DNA from: an uncultured Planctomycetaceae bacterium
GTDB lineage: Bacteria > Planctomycetota > Planctomycetia > Isosphaerales > Isosphaeraceae
NCBI GenBank assembly: GCA_963833985.1
Contig: CAWIAD010000001.1
Location: 1,952,001-2,016,000 of the forward strand
Direction: 5' to 3'
Length of the DNA: 64,000 bases
The notes beneath the pieces are model-generated. The model was given only the letters and a program-made list of their open reading frames with translations, did no database searches and was not told the DNA's origin. A program made the position numbers and the translations under genes. Positions 51,962 to 63,325 of the stretch are shown here, piece after piece (positions within the stretch are counted from its first letter, which is position 1; the number at the start of each line of letters is the position of its first letter).

Positions 51962-52420
51962 TCAGGCCCGGGTCACCCTCCGGTAGGTCAGCGCGGCGAT
52001 CACACCGCCCGCGAGAGCGGCCGCGACGATGAGCCAGGCGAAACGGCCCGACCACCGGCGCGGTCTGTCCGGCTGATGAACTTGCGGCACCGGTTCAGTC
52101 AAACGGGTTGCGCGGGCCACGGCCTGCGGCTCCCAGGGCCAGCCCAGCTCCGCGATGGCACTCAGCTCGGGAATGGCGAAAGAGAGCGGCGCCGGCGCGC
52201 TCATCTGGCTGGTGAGCAGGCTCCAGCTCGCCTCTGGATGTTGCATCCACTGAGGTTGGTGCGCCGCGATCAGCGTGACGGCCGGGTCGGTCGTCGCCAC
52301 CGACTGGATCATTCTCGGTTCCGCGCCGCCGGGACCAGTCCCACGACCATCACCGCCGGCAGCACCATGCTCCGGCTCCGCGGACGGCCCGGTTCCCTTT
52401 GCCTGTTCGTCATGGTCCAT
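51962..52420 (-). CDS. Hypothetical protein with C-terminal TM segment
   Basis: GAGG before ATG; C-terminal FAWLIVAAALAGGVIAAL. Confidence 0.5.
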   Translation of the reverse strand: MDHDEQAKGTGPSAEPEHGAAGGDGRGTGPGGAEPRMIQSVATTDPAVTLIAAHQPQWMQHPEASWSLLTSQMSAPAPLSFAIPELSAIAELGWPWEPQAVARATRLTEPVPQVHQPDRPRRWSGRFAWLIVAAALAGGVIAALTYRRVTRA

Positions 52421-52719
52421 GAAACGTGACCTCGCTCTCAGGAAAGCCCAGCACATGGCTTGCCGTTGCCGGATGGAAGCGAGAAAGAGCGAATCACGCG
52501 CCAATGCGCGTGGGGTTTGGGACGGCCGCGAACCTGAACGTGTCCCCAGAAACGGGATGTTTCCCGGGACCCTGGCCTGATGCGCGGATGACTTGCAGTC
52601 ATCGCGGCTCTTCTGCCGATAGCTCCCGATGTGCCGGGAAAACCGCGGGCACCGCCTGGCGGCAATTCAGCGGTTTTTCGTGAAATTCCGGCGACGATCG
52701 TGAGTGCGGAGGAGAGAAG

Positions 52720-54471
52720 ATGGGCAAGTTCCCCGGGTTGGTTCGCCAGAGATGGGCGTGGTTGCTGCCGCTCTGGGGATGCGTCGCCGGGACCGCCGTG
52801 CACGCCCAGCCGCCCGGCCGCCCGGCTCTGGAGAGCCCGGCGCTGCCGGGCACCGCAGCGCCGGCCACGGAGCCGCCGGCGGGCACGTCACGCGAGCGGC
52901 CGGGCGTGCTCGGCTCCGCGGTACCGCCTTCACTGCCGCGCTCGCACTCGATCCTGAAATCCGACGCGAACCCGATCGACCTGAACACCGCCCTGCGGCT
53001 TGCCGACGTGCAAAACCCGCAAGTGCTGATCGCGCGGCAACTGGTGCTCGAGGCGGTGGCGCAGAGGCAGCTCGCGGCCGCCCAGTTCATTCCCAGCATC
53101 AACGGCGGCACCAGCTACGACACGCACGCCGGCAACTTGCAGCAATCCAACGGCAACATCCTCTCGGTCAATCGCAGCGCGGTCTACGTGGGGGCAGGCA
53201 GCTTCGCGGTGGCCGCGGGAACCGTGACGATTCCCGGCGTGGTTCTGGCCGGCAATGTGGCCGAGGGCCTGTTTCGATATCTGGTGTCGCGGCAGGTGGT
53301 GCGGCAGGCGGAGTTCGGCAACGTGGCTACCCGGAACCAGGCGTTTCTGCGAGTCTGCGAGGCCTACTGCGATCTGCTCCAGGCCGAGGGCCGGCGGGCC
53401 ATCGCCGAGGAGATTGCCCGGGACGCGCAGGAGGTTGTGAAGATCACGGCCGACTTCGCACGCACCGGGCTGGGCCGGCCGGCGGATGCCGATCGGGCCG
53501 CCACCGAGCTGGCACGGCGCAGGGCCGAGATCCGGCTCCGGGAGGGCGAGATGATCTCGGCCTCGGCCCGGCTCTGCCGGGTCCTGAACCTCGATCCCTC
53601 CGTCCGGCTGCATCCCACCGACGCATTCATCGTGCCCGCGCCCCTGGTTCCCGACCCGATCCCGATGTGCGAGCTGATCGCGCTGGCGCTCACGCACCGG
53701 CCGGAGATGGGCGAACGCAGGGCCGTCGTCAAGCAGGCGCTGCTGGTCCTGCACGGTGCCAGGGCCTTGCCCTTCTCGCCGACCATCTTCCTGGGGTACA
53801 GCGCCGGCGGGTTCGGCGGAGGCAGCAACCTGGTGCGGCCGATCTTCGGCGCCTTCGGCGGCCGGCAAGATTTTGACGCAATTGCTTACTGGACCCTGCA
53901 AAACATGGGAATCGGCAACGTGGCGCTCATTCAGGTAGCCAGGGCCCACCTGGGCGTCACCGAGTTCCAGGAACTGGCGATGCTCGACCACATTCGCGAC
54001 GAGGTGGCCGAGGCCTACGCCAGGACGCATGCGCGTTACGAGCAGATCCTCGAGGAGGAGGAGGCGGTTCGCTCTGGCATTCGAGGCTTTCAGGAAGACC
54101 TGGGCCGTGCCCGCCAGGCGGCCGGATTGCCCATCGAGGTGCTGAATAACCTGAAGCTGAAGGCCGAAGCACAGATGGAGTACCTGGAAGCCATCGTGGA
54201 CTACAATCGTGCCCACTTTGAGCTCTACGTGGCGCTCGGGCAGCCGCCGGCCGCCACGCTGGCCCGGCCGGTCCCCGTCGAGGGAGTGACGCCGGCGTTC
54301 CCCGGTGCCGCGGGCGCGGCTGCCGCCGTGACGGCCCCGCCTGGCAGCGGCCTGGCCCCGCTGGCGTCGCCTCCCGGCAGCAGCCGCGGGAACCCCGTCC
54401 CGCCAGCAGCCGCCCCCAGCGGCGCCGGCTCGCCTTTCTCACCGGCACAACCCGACCGTCCCGGGCGCTGA
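52720..54471 (+). CDS. TolC-family outer membrane factor
   Basis: Signal peptide; PIDL.TAL.LA...NP, AL..RPE and Y..A..DYNRA.F.L..A.G helical-repeat pattern. Confidence 0.85.
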   Translation: MGKFPGLVRQRWAWLLPLWGCVAGTAVHAQPPGRPALESPALPGTAAPATEPPAGTSRERPGVLGSAVPPSLPRSHSILKSDANPIDLNTALRLADVQNPQVLIARQLVLEAVAQRQLAAAQFIPSINGGTSYDTHAGNLQQSNGNILSVNRSAVYVGAGSFAVAAGTVTIPGVVLAGNVAEGLFRYLVSRQVVRQAEFGNVATRNQAFLRVCEAYCDLLQAEGRRAIAEEIARDAQEVVKITADFARTGLGRPADADRAATELARRRAEIRLREGEMISASARLCRVLNLDPSVRLHPTDAFIVPAPLVPDPIPMCELIALALTHRPEMGERRAVVKQALLVLHGARALPFSPTIFLGYSAGGFGGGSNLVRPIFGAFGGRQDFDAIAYWTLQNMGIGNVALIQVARAHLGVTEFQELAMLDHIRDEVAEAYARTHARYEQILEEEEAVRSGIRGFQEDLGRARQAAGLPIEVLNNLKLKAEAQMEYLEAIVDYNRAHFELYVALGQPPAATLARPVPVEGVTPAFPGAAGAAAAVTAPPGSGLAPLASPPGSSRGNPVPPAAAPSGAGSPFSPAQPDRPGR

Positions 54472-54503
54472 GGGTTCCCCCTGGTCCGGCAGGAGCCGTG
54501 TAG

Positions 54504-56822
54504 ATGACGCGTCGCCCCCAAACTCGGAGCATCCGGCCCGAGCGATCCCACGATCGCTTGGCCCTCCACGTGCTTGCCGCGCTCCTGGCGTGCCCGCTCT
54601 CGGGCTGCATGACGCGGACCTGGCCGCCTCCCCCATCGCCGGCCGGCAACCATTCCGCGATCGCCGCCGGCGGCAAGACCCGGGTCGTGGATGCGGCGAC
54701 CATCCGCGCGTCGGCCGTGGTCGAAGCACCCTCCGCATCGCCGGTTCCGGCCCAGGCCACGAGCCCGGCATCGGCCCTGTCCCCGGAGCCGGCCGGTTCG
54801 CCGGCTGCCGTGCCGGCCGCCAGTGCCAGCAGTGCGCCGGGAGCACCACCGGGCGAGAAACCAGCCGCGTCCCCGCTCGGCTCGCGGCCGGCCGAGTCGA
54901 CACCGGCACCGGCCTCGAACATCTTCGCCGCGGTGATTCCGCCGCCGTCGTCCGAGTATCCCATCGACCTGTCCTCGGCCTTGTTGCTGGCCGAACGTGC
55001 CAATCCCTTCATCGGTGAGGCCCGCGCCCGCATCAGCGAGGCGCTCGCGATCCAGAAGAAGGCGCGCATCGAGCTGGTGCCGTGGCTCAACGCGGGCGTT
55101 GATTACAACGCGCTGAATGGCAACCTTCAGCGATCGGCCGGAAACATCATCAATATCTCCAGGCAGGCGCTCTATTTCGGTGGCGGTTCCGTGACCTCGG
55201 CCCAGGGGACGATCACGGTTCCGGCGGTGAGCATCGTCGAGCAGCTCTCCAATGCGATCTACGACCCGCTGGTGGCGCACCAGCGGCTGCACCAGGCGCG
55301 GTTCGATGCCGCGGCGACGTCCAATTCGGTCCTGCTGGAGGTGACGCATTACTATCTGGAGCTGCTCGGCGCCACGGCGCGGCTGGAAGCCGATCGGCGG
55401 TCCGCGGCGGAGGCGGAAGAGCTGATGCAGATCACGTCGCGGTTCGCCCGCACCGGCGAGGGCGCGCCGGCGGATTTCCATCGGGCCCAGACCGAATGGC
55501 GCCTTCGAAGAGGAGACGTCCGCCGCGCCGAGGAAGATGTCGTGGTGGCCGCGGCCAGGCTTTCCCGGCGGCTGCACATGGATCCCTCGATCCGCATCCG
55601 GCCCACCGCCAACGTGCTGGAAGTCCTGGCACTGGTGGACATGAGCTGTGATCTCGAATCGCTCATCCGGACGGCCGTCCAGCAGAGGCCGGAGGTCAAG
55701 TCGGCGGGCGCGGACCTGGCCGCGAACGAGTTCCAGCTCAAGCAGTCGATCGCCCGGCCCTTCCTGCCCACCTTCTTCCTGGGTGGCAGCGGAGGGGCGT
55801 TCGGCGGTGGCAGCAACATCGTGCCGCCGCTTGTGGGCAAGTTTGGCGGCCGGTCCGATTTCGACGTCGGTGCGTACTGGACGCTCGAGAACTTCGGCAT
55901 CGGCAACTACTTCCAGCAGAAGCGGCGGCGCGCCGAGGTCGGGGCCTCGAGCGGCCGGCAAGCTCATGTGGTCGCCCGCGTCCGCGCCGAAGTCGCCGAT
56001 GCGTACGGTGAGACGCTGGCAAGGCGCGAGCAGGTGGACATCGCCCGGGTCGGCCTGGCGACCTCCATGGACGGCTTTCAGCGCGATCTCGCACGTTCCC
56101 GGCAAGCCGTGCCCGACCAGCTTGGCCGGACCCCGCGTCCCATCGAGGCAATCAACAGCCTCAAGCTGCTCATCGAGGCCAGGCGACGGCTGATCCGGAC
56201 CATCACTGATTACGATCAGTCGCAATTTCGGCTCTTCGTCGCCATGGGGTCGCCACCACCCCTGGAGCAGCATTCGGATCCCTCCGCTCCCGGCGTCTCG
56301 ATCGCCAGTCTCTCCGCGCCATTGCCGCCCTTACGAGCCGGCGATCGTCCGGCCGAATCGGCGCGGGGATCGGCGGGCGCCGAGCAGGCGAAACCGGCGG
56401 CCGCCGAGCAGGTGCTCGCCGAGGCAGCATCCGGACTGGCCGCCTCGCTCGAACGACTGGCGCAGGAGAGCGGCCCGGCAGCCAGGGCGGCCGGCGAGTA
56501 CTCCGCCCTGGCCCAGGCGCATCAGCGGTCGATGACCGCCCTGCTGGAATATGACCGGCTCCAGCAAGAGCTCTTCCGCGCGCTCCAGCGCCCCGTCGGC
56601 AAGCCCGCACCGGATGAGCAAGTCGACCTGCTGCTCAGGCTCGCCCAGGCGCACGGCCAGCTCATGAAATCGAAGTCGGAATACGACGAGACCCTCTGGA
56701 AGCTGGTGCAAACCCTCAGGACAAAGCAGAAGGCCCCAGCGGATCCTCCCCGAGACTCCCGCACCGGCGATCCATCGTTGACCCGCGGAAAGCCGGCCGA
56801 GAACAGCAGCCGGACGCGGTGA
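54504..56822 (+). CDS. TolC-family outer membrane factor, probable lipoprotein with C-terminal extension
   Basis: LSGC lipobox; paralogous to the upstream gene (PIDL..AL.LA..ANP, GAFGGGSN, DFD..AYWTL.N.GIGN). Confidence 0.85.
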   Translation: MTRRPQTRSIRPERSHDRLALHVLAALLACPLSGCMTRTWPPPPSPAGNHSAIAAGGKTRVVDAATIRASAVVEAPSASPVPAQATSPASALSPEPAGSPAAVPAASASSAPGAPPGEKPAASPLGSRPAESTPAPASNIFAAVIPPPSSEYPIDLSSALLLAERANPFIGEARARISEALAIQKKARIELVPWLNAGVDYNALNGNLQRSAGNIINISRQALYFGGGSVTSAQGTITVPAVSIVEQLSNAIYDPLVAHQRLHQARFDAAATSNSVLLEVTHYYLELLGATARLEADRRSAAEAEELMQITSRFARTGEGAPADFHRAQTEWRLRRGDVRRAEEDVVVAAARLSRRLHMDPSIRIRPTANVLEVLALVDMSCDLESLIRTAVQQRPEVKSAGADLAANEFQLKQSIARPFLPTFFLGGSGGAFGGGSNIVPPLVGKFGGRSDFDVGAYWTLENFGIGNYFQQKRRRAEVGASSGRQAHVVARVRAEVADAYGETLARREQVDIARVGLATSMDGFQRDLARSRQAVPDQLGRTPRPIEAINSLKLLIEARRRLIRTITDYDQSQFRLFVAMGSPPPLEQHSDPSAPGVSIASLSAPLPPLRAGDRPAESARGSAGAEQAKPAAAEQVLAEAASGLAASLERLAQESGPAARAAGEYSALAQAHQRSMTALLEYDRLQQELFRALQRPVGKPAPDEQVDLLLRLAQAHGQLMKSKSEYDETLWKLVQTLRTKQKAPADPPRDSRTGDPSLTRGKPAENSSRTR

Positions 56823-56923
56823 CAACCGTGCCCTTGCGATGGACGCGGCGTACCCGGCCATCGCCGCACTCGTCTGAATCCGGGCTCGACCCCCTCATGC
56901 CGACAGCGAACTCGCCGGCATCG

Positions 56924-57536
56924 TTACGGCTCGTTGGCGCCGAAGCGTAGCCCGTCCATGAGCAGGGCGACCATGCGCCGGGCATGATCGGGACCCACGT
57001 CGTGGGCGGGCGCAGAGGCTGGCGACCGTGCGCAAGAGGTCGTGTGGCTCGACCCCGCCCCGCACCCTGCCCGCGGCGACCGCGGCTTGCAGCAAGGCCT
57101 GGAACGCCGGGAGCAGCCGCTCCTTGAAGTAGCCCGGCAAGGCGTTATAGGCCGGATCGCCCGAGTGCAGGGCCGCGGCAAGTCCGCGCTTCGCGGAGAT
57201 GAAATCCACGTAACGCTGGAGCCACCGAGCCAGCGCCTCGCCAGGCTCATGCTCGGCGGCCAGGATCGATGCGGCGTCGGCGCAGGCGTCGACCTCGCGG
57301 CGTAGGACGCCCACGATCAGGTCCGAGCGCCGCGGGAAGTGCCGGTAGATCGTGCCGAGGCCGAGGCCAGCCCTCTCCGCGATCTCCCGCACCGGGGCGT
57401 CCACGCCCGAGGCGAAGAACACGGCCTTGGCCGCCTCGAGCAGAGCGTCAATGCTGCGCTGGGCATCAGCGCGCAGGCGTCGCTCCGTTTGACCACGCGG
57501 CGCCCGATCGCCTTGCCCTTCTTGCGTCCCGCTCAC
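56924..57536 (-). CDS. TetR family regulator, apparent frameshift near 57010
   Basis: LRADA.R, IA.RAG.G.GT.YRHFP.R..L; tail ARRMVALLMDGLR in another frame. Confidence 0.85.
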
Positions 57537-57546
57537 AGTGTCCCCC

Positions 57547-57591
57547 TTGACAAACGGAACGATGTTCCGAATATTACCGGAACACGGTTCC
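57547..57591. promoter_or_regulatory. Divergent promoter region with two TetR-type operators
   Basis: TTGACA at 57547-57552; palindromes CGGAAC-N3-GTTCCG (57555-57569) and GGAAC-N3-GTTCC (57579-57591). Confidence 0.75.
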
Positions 57592-57658
57592 ACCTGGCTT
57601 TGATTCTAGTGCAGCCAGGCGGTGTTGACCATACCGCAAAGCTCGAACGGAGAATCGC

Positions 57659-58411
57659 ATGCCTGATAAACACGTCGCCCTGATCACGGGGGCGAACAAG
57701 GAGATCGGACTTCAGATCGCCAGGGACCTGTCGGCGCACGGGCTCACCGTGCTCGTCGGGTCACGCAACATTGAGAAGGGGAAAGCGGCGGCCCGGAGCA
57801 TCGGGCCTGATGCCTACGCCGTTCAGCTCGACGTCACGGACGCAGCCTCGATCAGCGCCGCGGCGCAGCGCATCAGGAGCGAATTCGGCCGCCTCGACGT
57901 GCTGGTGAACAACGCGGGCATCGCCTATGCGGGAGATCCGGAAGCCCCGTTCGAGGAAGGCATGAAGACGAACGTCCCGAGCATCGGGTCGATCGACAAC
58001 ATGTGCGCCATCTTCGAGACCAACGTGTTCGGCGTCGCGGCCGTCACGCAGGCGATGCTGCCGCTCCTCCGCGAGGCGCCGGCGGGGCGCATCGTCAACG
58101 TGGGCAGTTCCGCCGGCTCGCTGACGAAGGGCTCGGACCCGAACTGGGAGCATCGCCACGTGTTCGGACTGGCGTACAGCCCGTCCAAGGCGGCCCTGAA
58201 CGCCATCACGCTGGCCTTCGCGAACGAGCTGGAGAAGACGAACATCAAGGTCAACGTCGCGTGCCCGGGCTACACCGCGACCGATCTCAACCACCACCGG
58301 GGCACACGCACGGTCGAGCAGGGCGCGCGAGCACCCGTGCGGCTCGCGCTGCTCGGCCCGGACGGCCCGACGGGGACGTACTCGGACGAGGACGGTCCCG
58401 TGCCCTGGTGA
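57659..58411 (+). CDS. Short-chain dehydrogenase/reductase (carbonyl reductase-like)
   Basis: ALITGANK.IG, LDV.VNNAG, IVNV.S, Y..SK and CPGY.ATDL motifs. Confidence 0.92.
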   Translation: MPDKHVALITGANKEIGLQIARDLSAHGLTVLVGSRNIEKGKAAARSIGPDAYAVQLDVTDAASISAAAQRIRSEFGRLDVLVNNAGIAYAGDPEAPFEEGMKTNVPSIGSIDNMCAIFETNVFGVAAVTQAMLPLLREAPAGRIVNVGSSAGSLTKGSDPNWEHRHVFGLAYSPSKAALNAITLAFANELEKTNIKVNVACPGYTATDLNHHRGTRTVEQGARAPVRLALLGPDGPTGTYSDEDGPVPW

Positions 58412-58673
58412 CATCGCCTCCGGCGACCCTGTCCCTGAGCCTGGATCGAATCGCAGTGCCGGGTCCGCCTCCCGGCCGCTTCCGCTTCGTCGTGCATGGT
58501 CGTGGATTGAACCCGGCCGATTGTGCTCGACGAGGCGGGATCGAGGCCGCGCGGTCCCCGGATCCGCCCTCACGGGTTTGCGGCTGTTGTTCGTGCATCA
58601 TCCGGGTATCATGATTGCGATGATCTTCAACGCGATTCGCGGCTACGGGTGAAACGAGGCGAAGGGCTTGACG

Positions 58674-58922
58674 ATGGCGACTCCCGTGCAGCTTCGCCAA
58701 CGGACAACGGCGCAGCCTTTCCGCCCTTTTCATGTCAGGCTGGCCAGCAGGCAGACTCTCACGGTCAGGCATCCGGAAAACGCCGGATGCGATGAACGAG
58801 GCCTTTCGATGACGGTGTTTGAAGGTGAGGAAATGCATCTGGTCGCCATGTTGCTGGTCGAGGAGCTTGTTCCCATCGCCTCGGAGCAGGCCAGCGCGCC
58901 CACCAGCAGACCGGACGCGTGA
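58674..58922 (+). CDS. Small planctomycete-type hypothetical protein
   Basis: QPFRPF.VRLA......V.HPE pattern recalled from small planctomycete proteins. Confidence 0.55.
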   Translation: MATPVQLRQRTTAQPFRPFHVRLASRQTLTVRHPENAGCDERGLSMTVFEGEEMHLVAMLLVEELVPIASEQASAPTSRPDA

Positions 58923-59184
58923 TCGGCGTTTTGACTTCGGGGCCGACGTCAAACGATCGGCAACGCACGTCGATGCCCGCGACGTCGGTTCCTGGGACGC
59001 TCCTGGTCAATGAGTGCTCGATCTTCCTTGTTCACCACGTGAGAAAATAGCCTTGAGCCAGGCAGATCCAGAGCGGCATGGCTCGGCGTTATCCGCTCAC
59101 GACCTGGCCGAGCCGCTGGCGTCGCCAGAATCCGCTCACGCGAGATCCAGCTTGCGCGATCGAGACACGGGTAACCGCACAGTG

Positions 59185-60403
59185 ATGCGCGGCGTGCGCG
59201 CATGCGCTCGCTCACGCATCTGGATCTGGCGATTCCTCCTGTGCGCGCTGGCGTTTGCGGTAGTTTATGTTGGTCTACGGACCGTGCGACCTGGGACGAA
59301 GCCACCGGACGAGATCTGGAAACAGGCGGAAGCGGACCTGGAGAGTGGCAAGCTGGGCTCGGTCGATCGAGCGATCGAGCGACTTGGCCGGCTGCGGAAG
59401 CCAGTCCCGCTGGACTGGTTTCTGCGCGGGCAGCTCGCCGTCGTCCGGCATCGTGAGGACGAGGCGATCGAATGTCTCTCACGAGTTCCGGATGGTCACC
59501 GTGCGGCGCCCCGGGCGCGGCTGCTGGCAGGACAGGTCGAGCTGAGGCGCTTGCGCGTCCGGCACGCGGAGGCGTGGCTGCTTGCCGCGATAAAGCTTGA
59601 TCCCCGACTGGTCCAGGCGCACCGCGAGCTGATTTTCATTTACAGCACGCTCCTGCTGCGCCGAGTTGAACGCGGAGTTCACCGCATTATCTCAGCTCTC
59701 TGAACTGACGTTCGACAACGCCATGCACTGGTCGCTGCTTCGTTGTTTCTCCTGGGAGCCGGCCAAGATGGTCGGACCGCTGGAAGAGTTTGTCGCCGCG
59801 GATCCTGAGGACCGCTGGTCGCGGCTGGCGCTCGCGGAGAACTATCGCAGGATGGGCCAGTCGGAAGCAGCCATCGCGGCGCTCACCGGCCTTCCGCGGA
59901 GCCAGCCCGAGGTGATCGACCTGCTGGCCCGCATCGAGCTCGACCGGCAAGAGGTGGACGAGGCCAGGCGGCTGATTGCGGCCGGACCGGTTGACGATCC
60001 GCTCTTGGCGCGGCTGCGCGGCCGGCTGGCGCTGGCGCGGGGCGACGCGAAGGCGGCTCTCGATCAGTTCCGGATCGCGCTCGCCGATGACCCGCTGGCA
60101 CGCGAAACGCTGTTTGGATTGACGGCGGCGCTCCAGCTTGCCGGCGATCCCGGGGCCGCCAGACCTTACGGCCAGACGGCCACCCACCTCGACCGTTTGA
60201 ATTCGCTGGTCCAGCGTGCCCTGATCAGGGGTGGGAGCACTGACCGCGGCCTTGTACGCGAGCTGGGAGAAGTCTGCGCGGCCCTCAAACTGAACGACCT
60301 CGCGCGCGCCTGGTACAAGCTGGCGATCGCCGCCGATCCACTCGATTCCCAGTCGCAGCAGGCGTTGTACAGACTCTCCCAACCGAATCTCAACCATCCG
60401 TAG
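59185..60403 (+). CDS. Membrane-anchored TPR protein, apparent frameshift near 59660
   Basis: N-terminal TM segment, then TPR helices across ORFs 59014-59703 and 59666-60403; start uncertain. Confidence 0.7.
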
Positions 60404-60439
60404 GCCCCGGCGGTGCCCCCGCGACGCCTCTGCTTGACG

Positions 60440-62381
60440 ATGTTGGAGTCTTCCATGCAGTCCGCTACGGGTATCGCGGAGGATCGGGGCGTGGATGCGC
60501 CCGCGGCACGGCTGGCCGCTCCAAGGATCGGGGCGGGCATGGTCCTGTTGATCGCGACCTGGATCGGATTGCTCACCGGCTTCTGTGACGTATGCGTCCT
60601 GGTCATCGACAAGAGATTCATCAGCCGCGACTTCTATCGGGTGGGGCAGGACTTCCCGTGGATCGTCCCCGCGGCCGTCGCGTTTCTTGTACTCGTGCCC
60701 GCGGCGTTGATCGCCTGGCGCGCCCGAATTCGGGGGACGGTGCCGCTGGCTGTTCCCGTGGGACTGCTTTCGCTCATCGGGTTTCTTGAGCTGAGCTCCC
60801 GGCTACGGCTGGAGCTCTGGGCGTCGCTTCTCCTCAGCGCAGGGCTGGCCATCCAGGCGGTACGGCTGCTGCGGCGCCGCGGTCACGTGTTCTTGCGGCT
60901 GGTGCGCTGGACCGTCGGATTCCTCGTCACGCTCTTGCTCGGGACGATGCTCTGGACGATGGGCGGGCGGACCTGGTCGGAGCATCGGCAGCAAGCCGCC
61001 CTGCCGGCGGCCCCGGCCAGGGCGCAGAACGTGGTGTTGATTGTCTGGGACACGGTGCGCGCCGCGAATACCAGCCTGTGCGGGTATCGCCGTGCGACCA
61101 CACCCAATCTCGAGCGGCTGGCGAGTCGTGGAGTACGGTTCGAGCGGGCCTTCTCAGCGTCGTCGTGGACGCTCCCTGCGCACGCGAGCATGTTCACCGG
61201 GCGATGGCCTCATGAGCTGGGTGTCGATTGGAAGTCGCCGATGCGCGACGGTGTACCGACGCTGGCCGAGTACCTGGCCACGAAGGGGTATGACACCGCG
61301 GGGTTCGTGGCGAATTACGATTACTGCTCAGCGGAAAGCGGGGTGGCTCGCGGCTTCGCGCATTACGAGGATTATCCGCTCAGCCTCCTCGAAACCTTCA
61401 CCCGGCACGTCGCCCTGGGGCGGCGGATCGACGTCCCATCGATGGCGTCGGCCATCGAATCGTTCCTGGAAAGGCATACGGGACGCCTGTATGACGTGCT
61501 CCCGCGTTCCAGGGAGCACGCCAGGCGCGCCGATGCGATCAATGACGCCTTCCTGGCATGGCTCGGGAAACGGCCGGCGCAGGGACGGCCGTTCTTCGCG
61601 TTTCTGAACTGGAACGACGCGCATACGCCTTACGATGTTCCAGATCCGTCGATTCCCGGCTTCGGTCTCCGCCCCATGACGGCGTCGCGGAAGCAGTTCC
61701 TGCGCATTCGCCAGTACGGACAAGACGAAACTCTCGGTCGAGGACGTGCAGCTTGCCAGGGATGTTTATGACGATTGCCTGTTATATATGGACCGGCAAC
61801 TGGGGATGCTGATCGACGAGCTCGATCGCCGCGGTGCGCTGGAAGAAACGCTATTCATCGTCACCTCGGACCACGGCGAGCACCTGGGCGATCACGGGCT
61901 CTTTTTTCACGGCGGCAGTTTGTACCGTCAGGCAGTTCAGGTCCCCCTGTTGTTGCTGGGCGCAAGGCGGATTCCAGCGGGGCGGACCGTTGCCCGGCCC
62001 GTGAGCCTGTGCAGTCTCCCGGCAACGATCATTGACCTTCTCGGCCTGGGTTCCGATCACCCGTTCTTGAGTCCATCGTTCGCAAGCGACTGGGAACCGC
62101 AAGGGGAGGAGCGTGGTCCCTCTCTCGCAAGTGCGCTGCTCATGGAGACGACAAAACCAGAGCTGCTCACGAACGGCGGGCGCGAACCCGCCGCCAAGGG
62201 GCCGATGAGCGCGGTGATCGTGGCGGGAATGCATTACATCCAGATGGCCGACGGAACCTGCGAGCTGTTCCACCTGGATGCGGATGTCGAGGAAACGGTC
62301 AACCTTGCGAACCACCCCGATTACGGGCCGACAATCCTTGAGGTGCGGAACCTGCTGGGCGTGATGCGTCGAAGAAGATGA
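60440..62381 (+). CDS. Sulfatase-like hydrolase/transferase with N-terminal TM segments, apparent frameshift near 61705
   Basis: NVVLIVWDT.RA, TPN...LA, WTLP.H.SMFTG, DAH.PY, YD....Y.D and TSDHGE motifs. Confidence 0.85.
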
Positions 62382-62470
62382 ATCATCGCGGCCAGGGGCG
62401 GCATCGACGAGCGCTCGCCCCCACCCGGGAGAGCGGCGGTGTGGGGAGAGCGTGCTCGATGTGAGGCAGG

Positions 62471-62900
62471 TCAGTAAGCGTCCGAGCTGACGACTTCACC
62501 ATTCCCCTTGGTGGCGAGAGCCCAGCACGTGGGACGACTGATGCTGTTCTTGACGAACTGAACGTGGCCATCGACCATGGTCACGTTCACGCCGCCTGGG
62601 TGGGCACTCGTGGCGGGTACCGTCCAGCCTGAATCGGTGTTGCAACCGACACTGCAACTTTGATCCCGGAACCGGCATCCGTTGAAACGGACTCGTTCGG
62701 AGTCTGCACGGCATTGAACATGGTGGCGCCCGGGATGCCAAGGATCCAGCGATAGCCCCGGTAATCCGCGATACTCGCCGGAGCCGCCGTCTGAAACGCG
62801 GTCGCGCAGGTCTGGATATCCGTCACCACCTTGGTCAGGGCGTTTGGTATCGCGCTGATGTCGTACACGTCGCCGCTGACCGGAGCACTCGAGCTGGTGG
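62471..62900 (-). pseudogene. Remnant of a DUF1559 (prepilin-type) gene
   Basis: MFN...TPN followed, in another frame, by SAHPGGVNVTMVDGHVQFVKNSI...ALAT..NGEVVSSDAY-stop; no N-terminus seen. Confidence 0.7.
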
Positions 62901-63325
62901 CCCTACTTTCCGCACATCACACGTTGATTCTCGCTGAATTACCTGAGGCGTGCCCAGTCAGCAGTCGTAGCCTCCTCTCAAGCCGAGTAACCTCAGGACC
63001 TTGCGTTGTATGTGAGTCACCCCGGTCGTAAGTACGACAGGCAGATGCCTGCCAAATGGTCAGCGTGTCAGATTTCACGTCGTCAAACAGGTCGATCGGT
63101 CAATGCATGGTCGGACCCCCGGGCAACGACGGCCCTCCGAACCGGGGAGCAAGCTTTCGATCCCACCCTGTTCCAGCGTGCGAGGCAACTCACGCTCCAA
63201 CAGGGAGAGCACTGGCAGCACAAAGAAGGACCCGCAATACGAATGCTGGATTCGACTGATCTCCTTGAGCTGCACTGAGGCCGCCTCGAAGTCCGTCTTC
63301 GACCACACGATCAGCCAGACATCTC

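Noticed and set aside
62920..63320. Possible transposase remnant
   Set aside because: No terminal repeats or catalytic motifs I can support.
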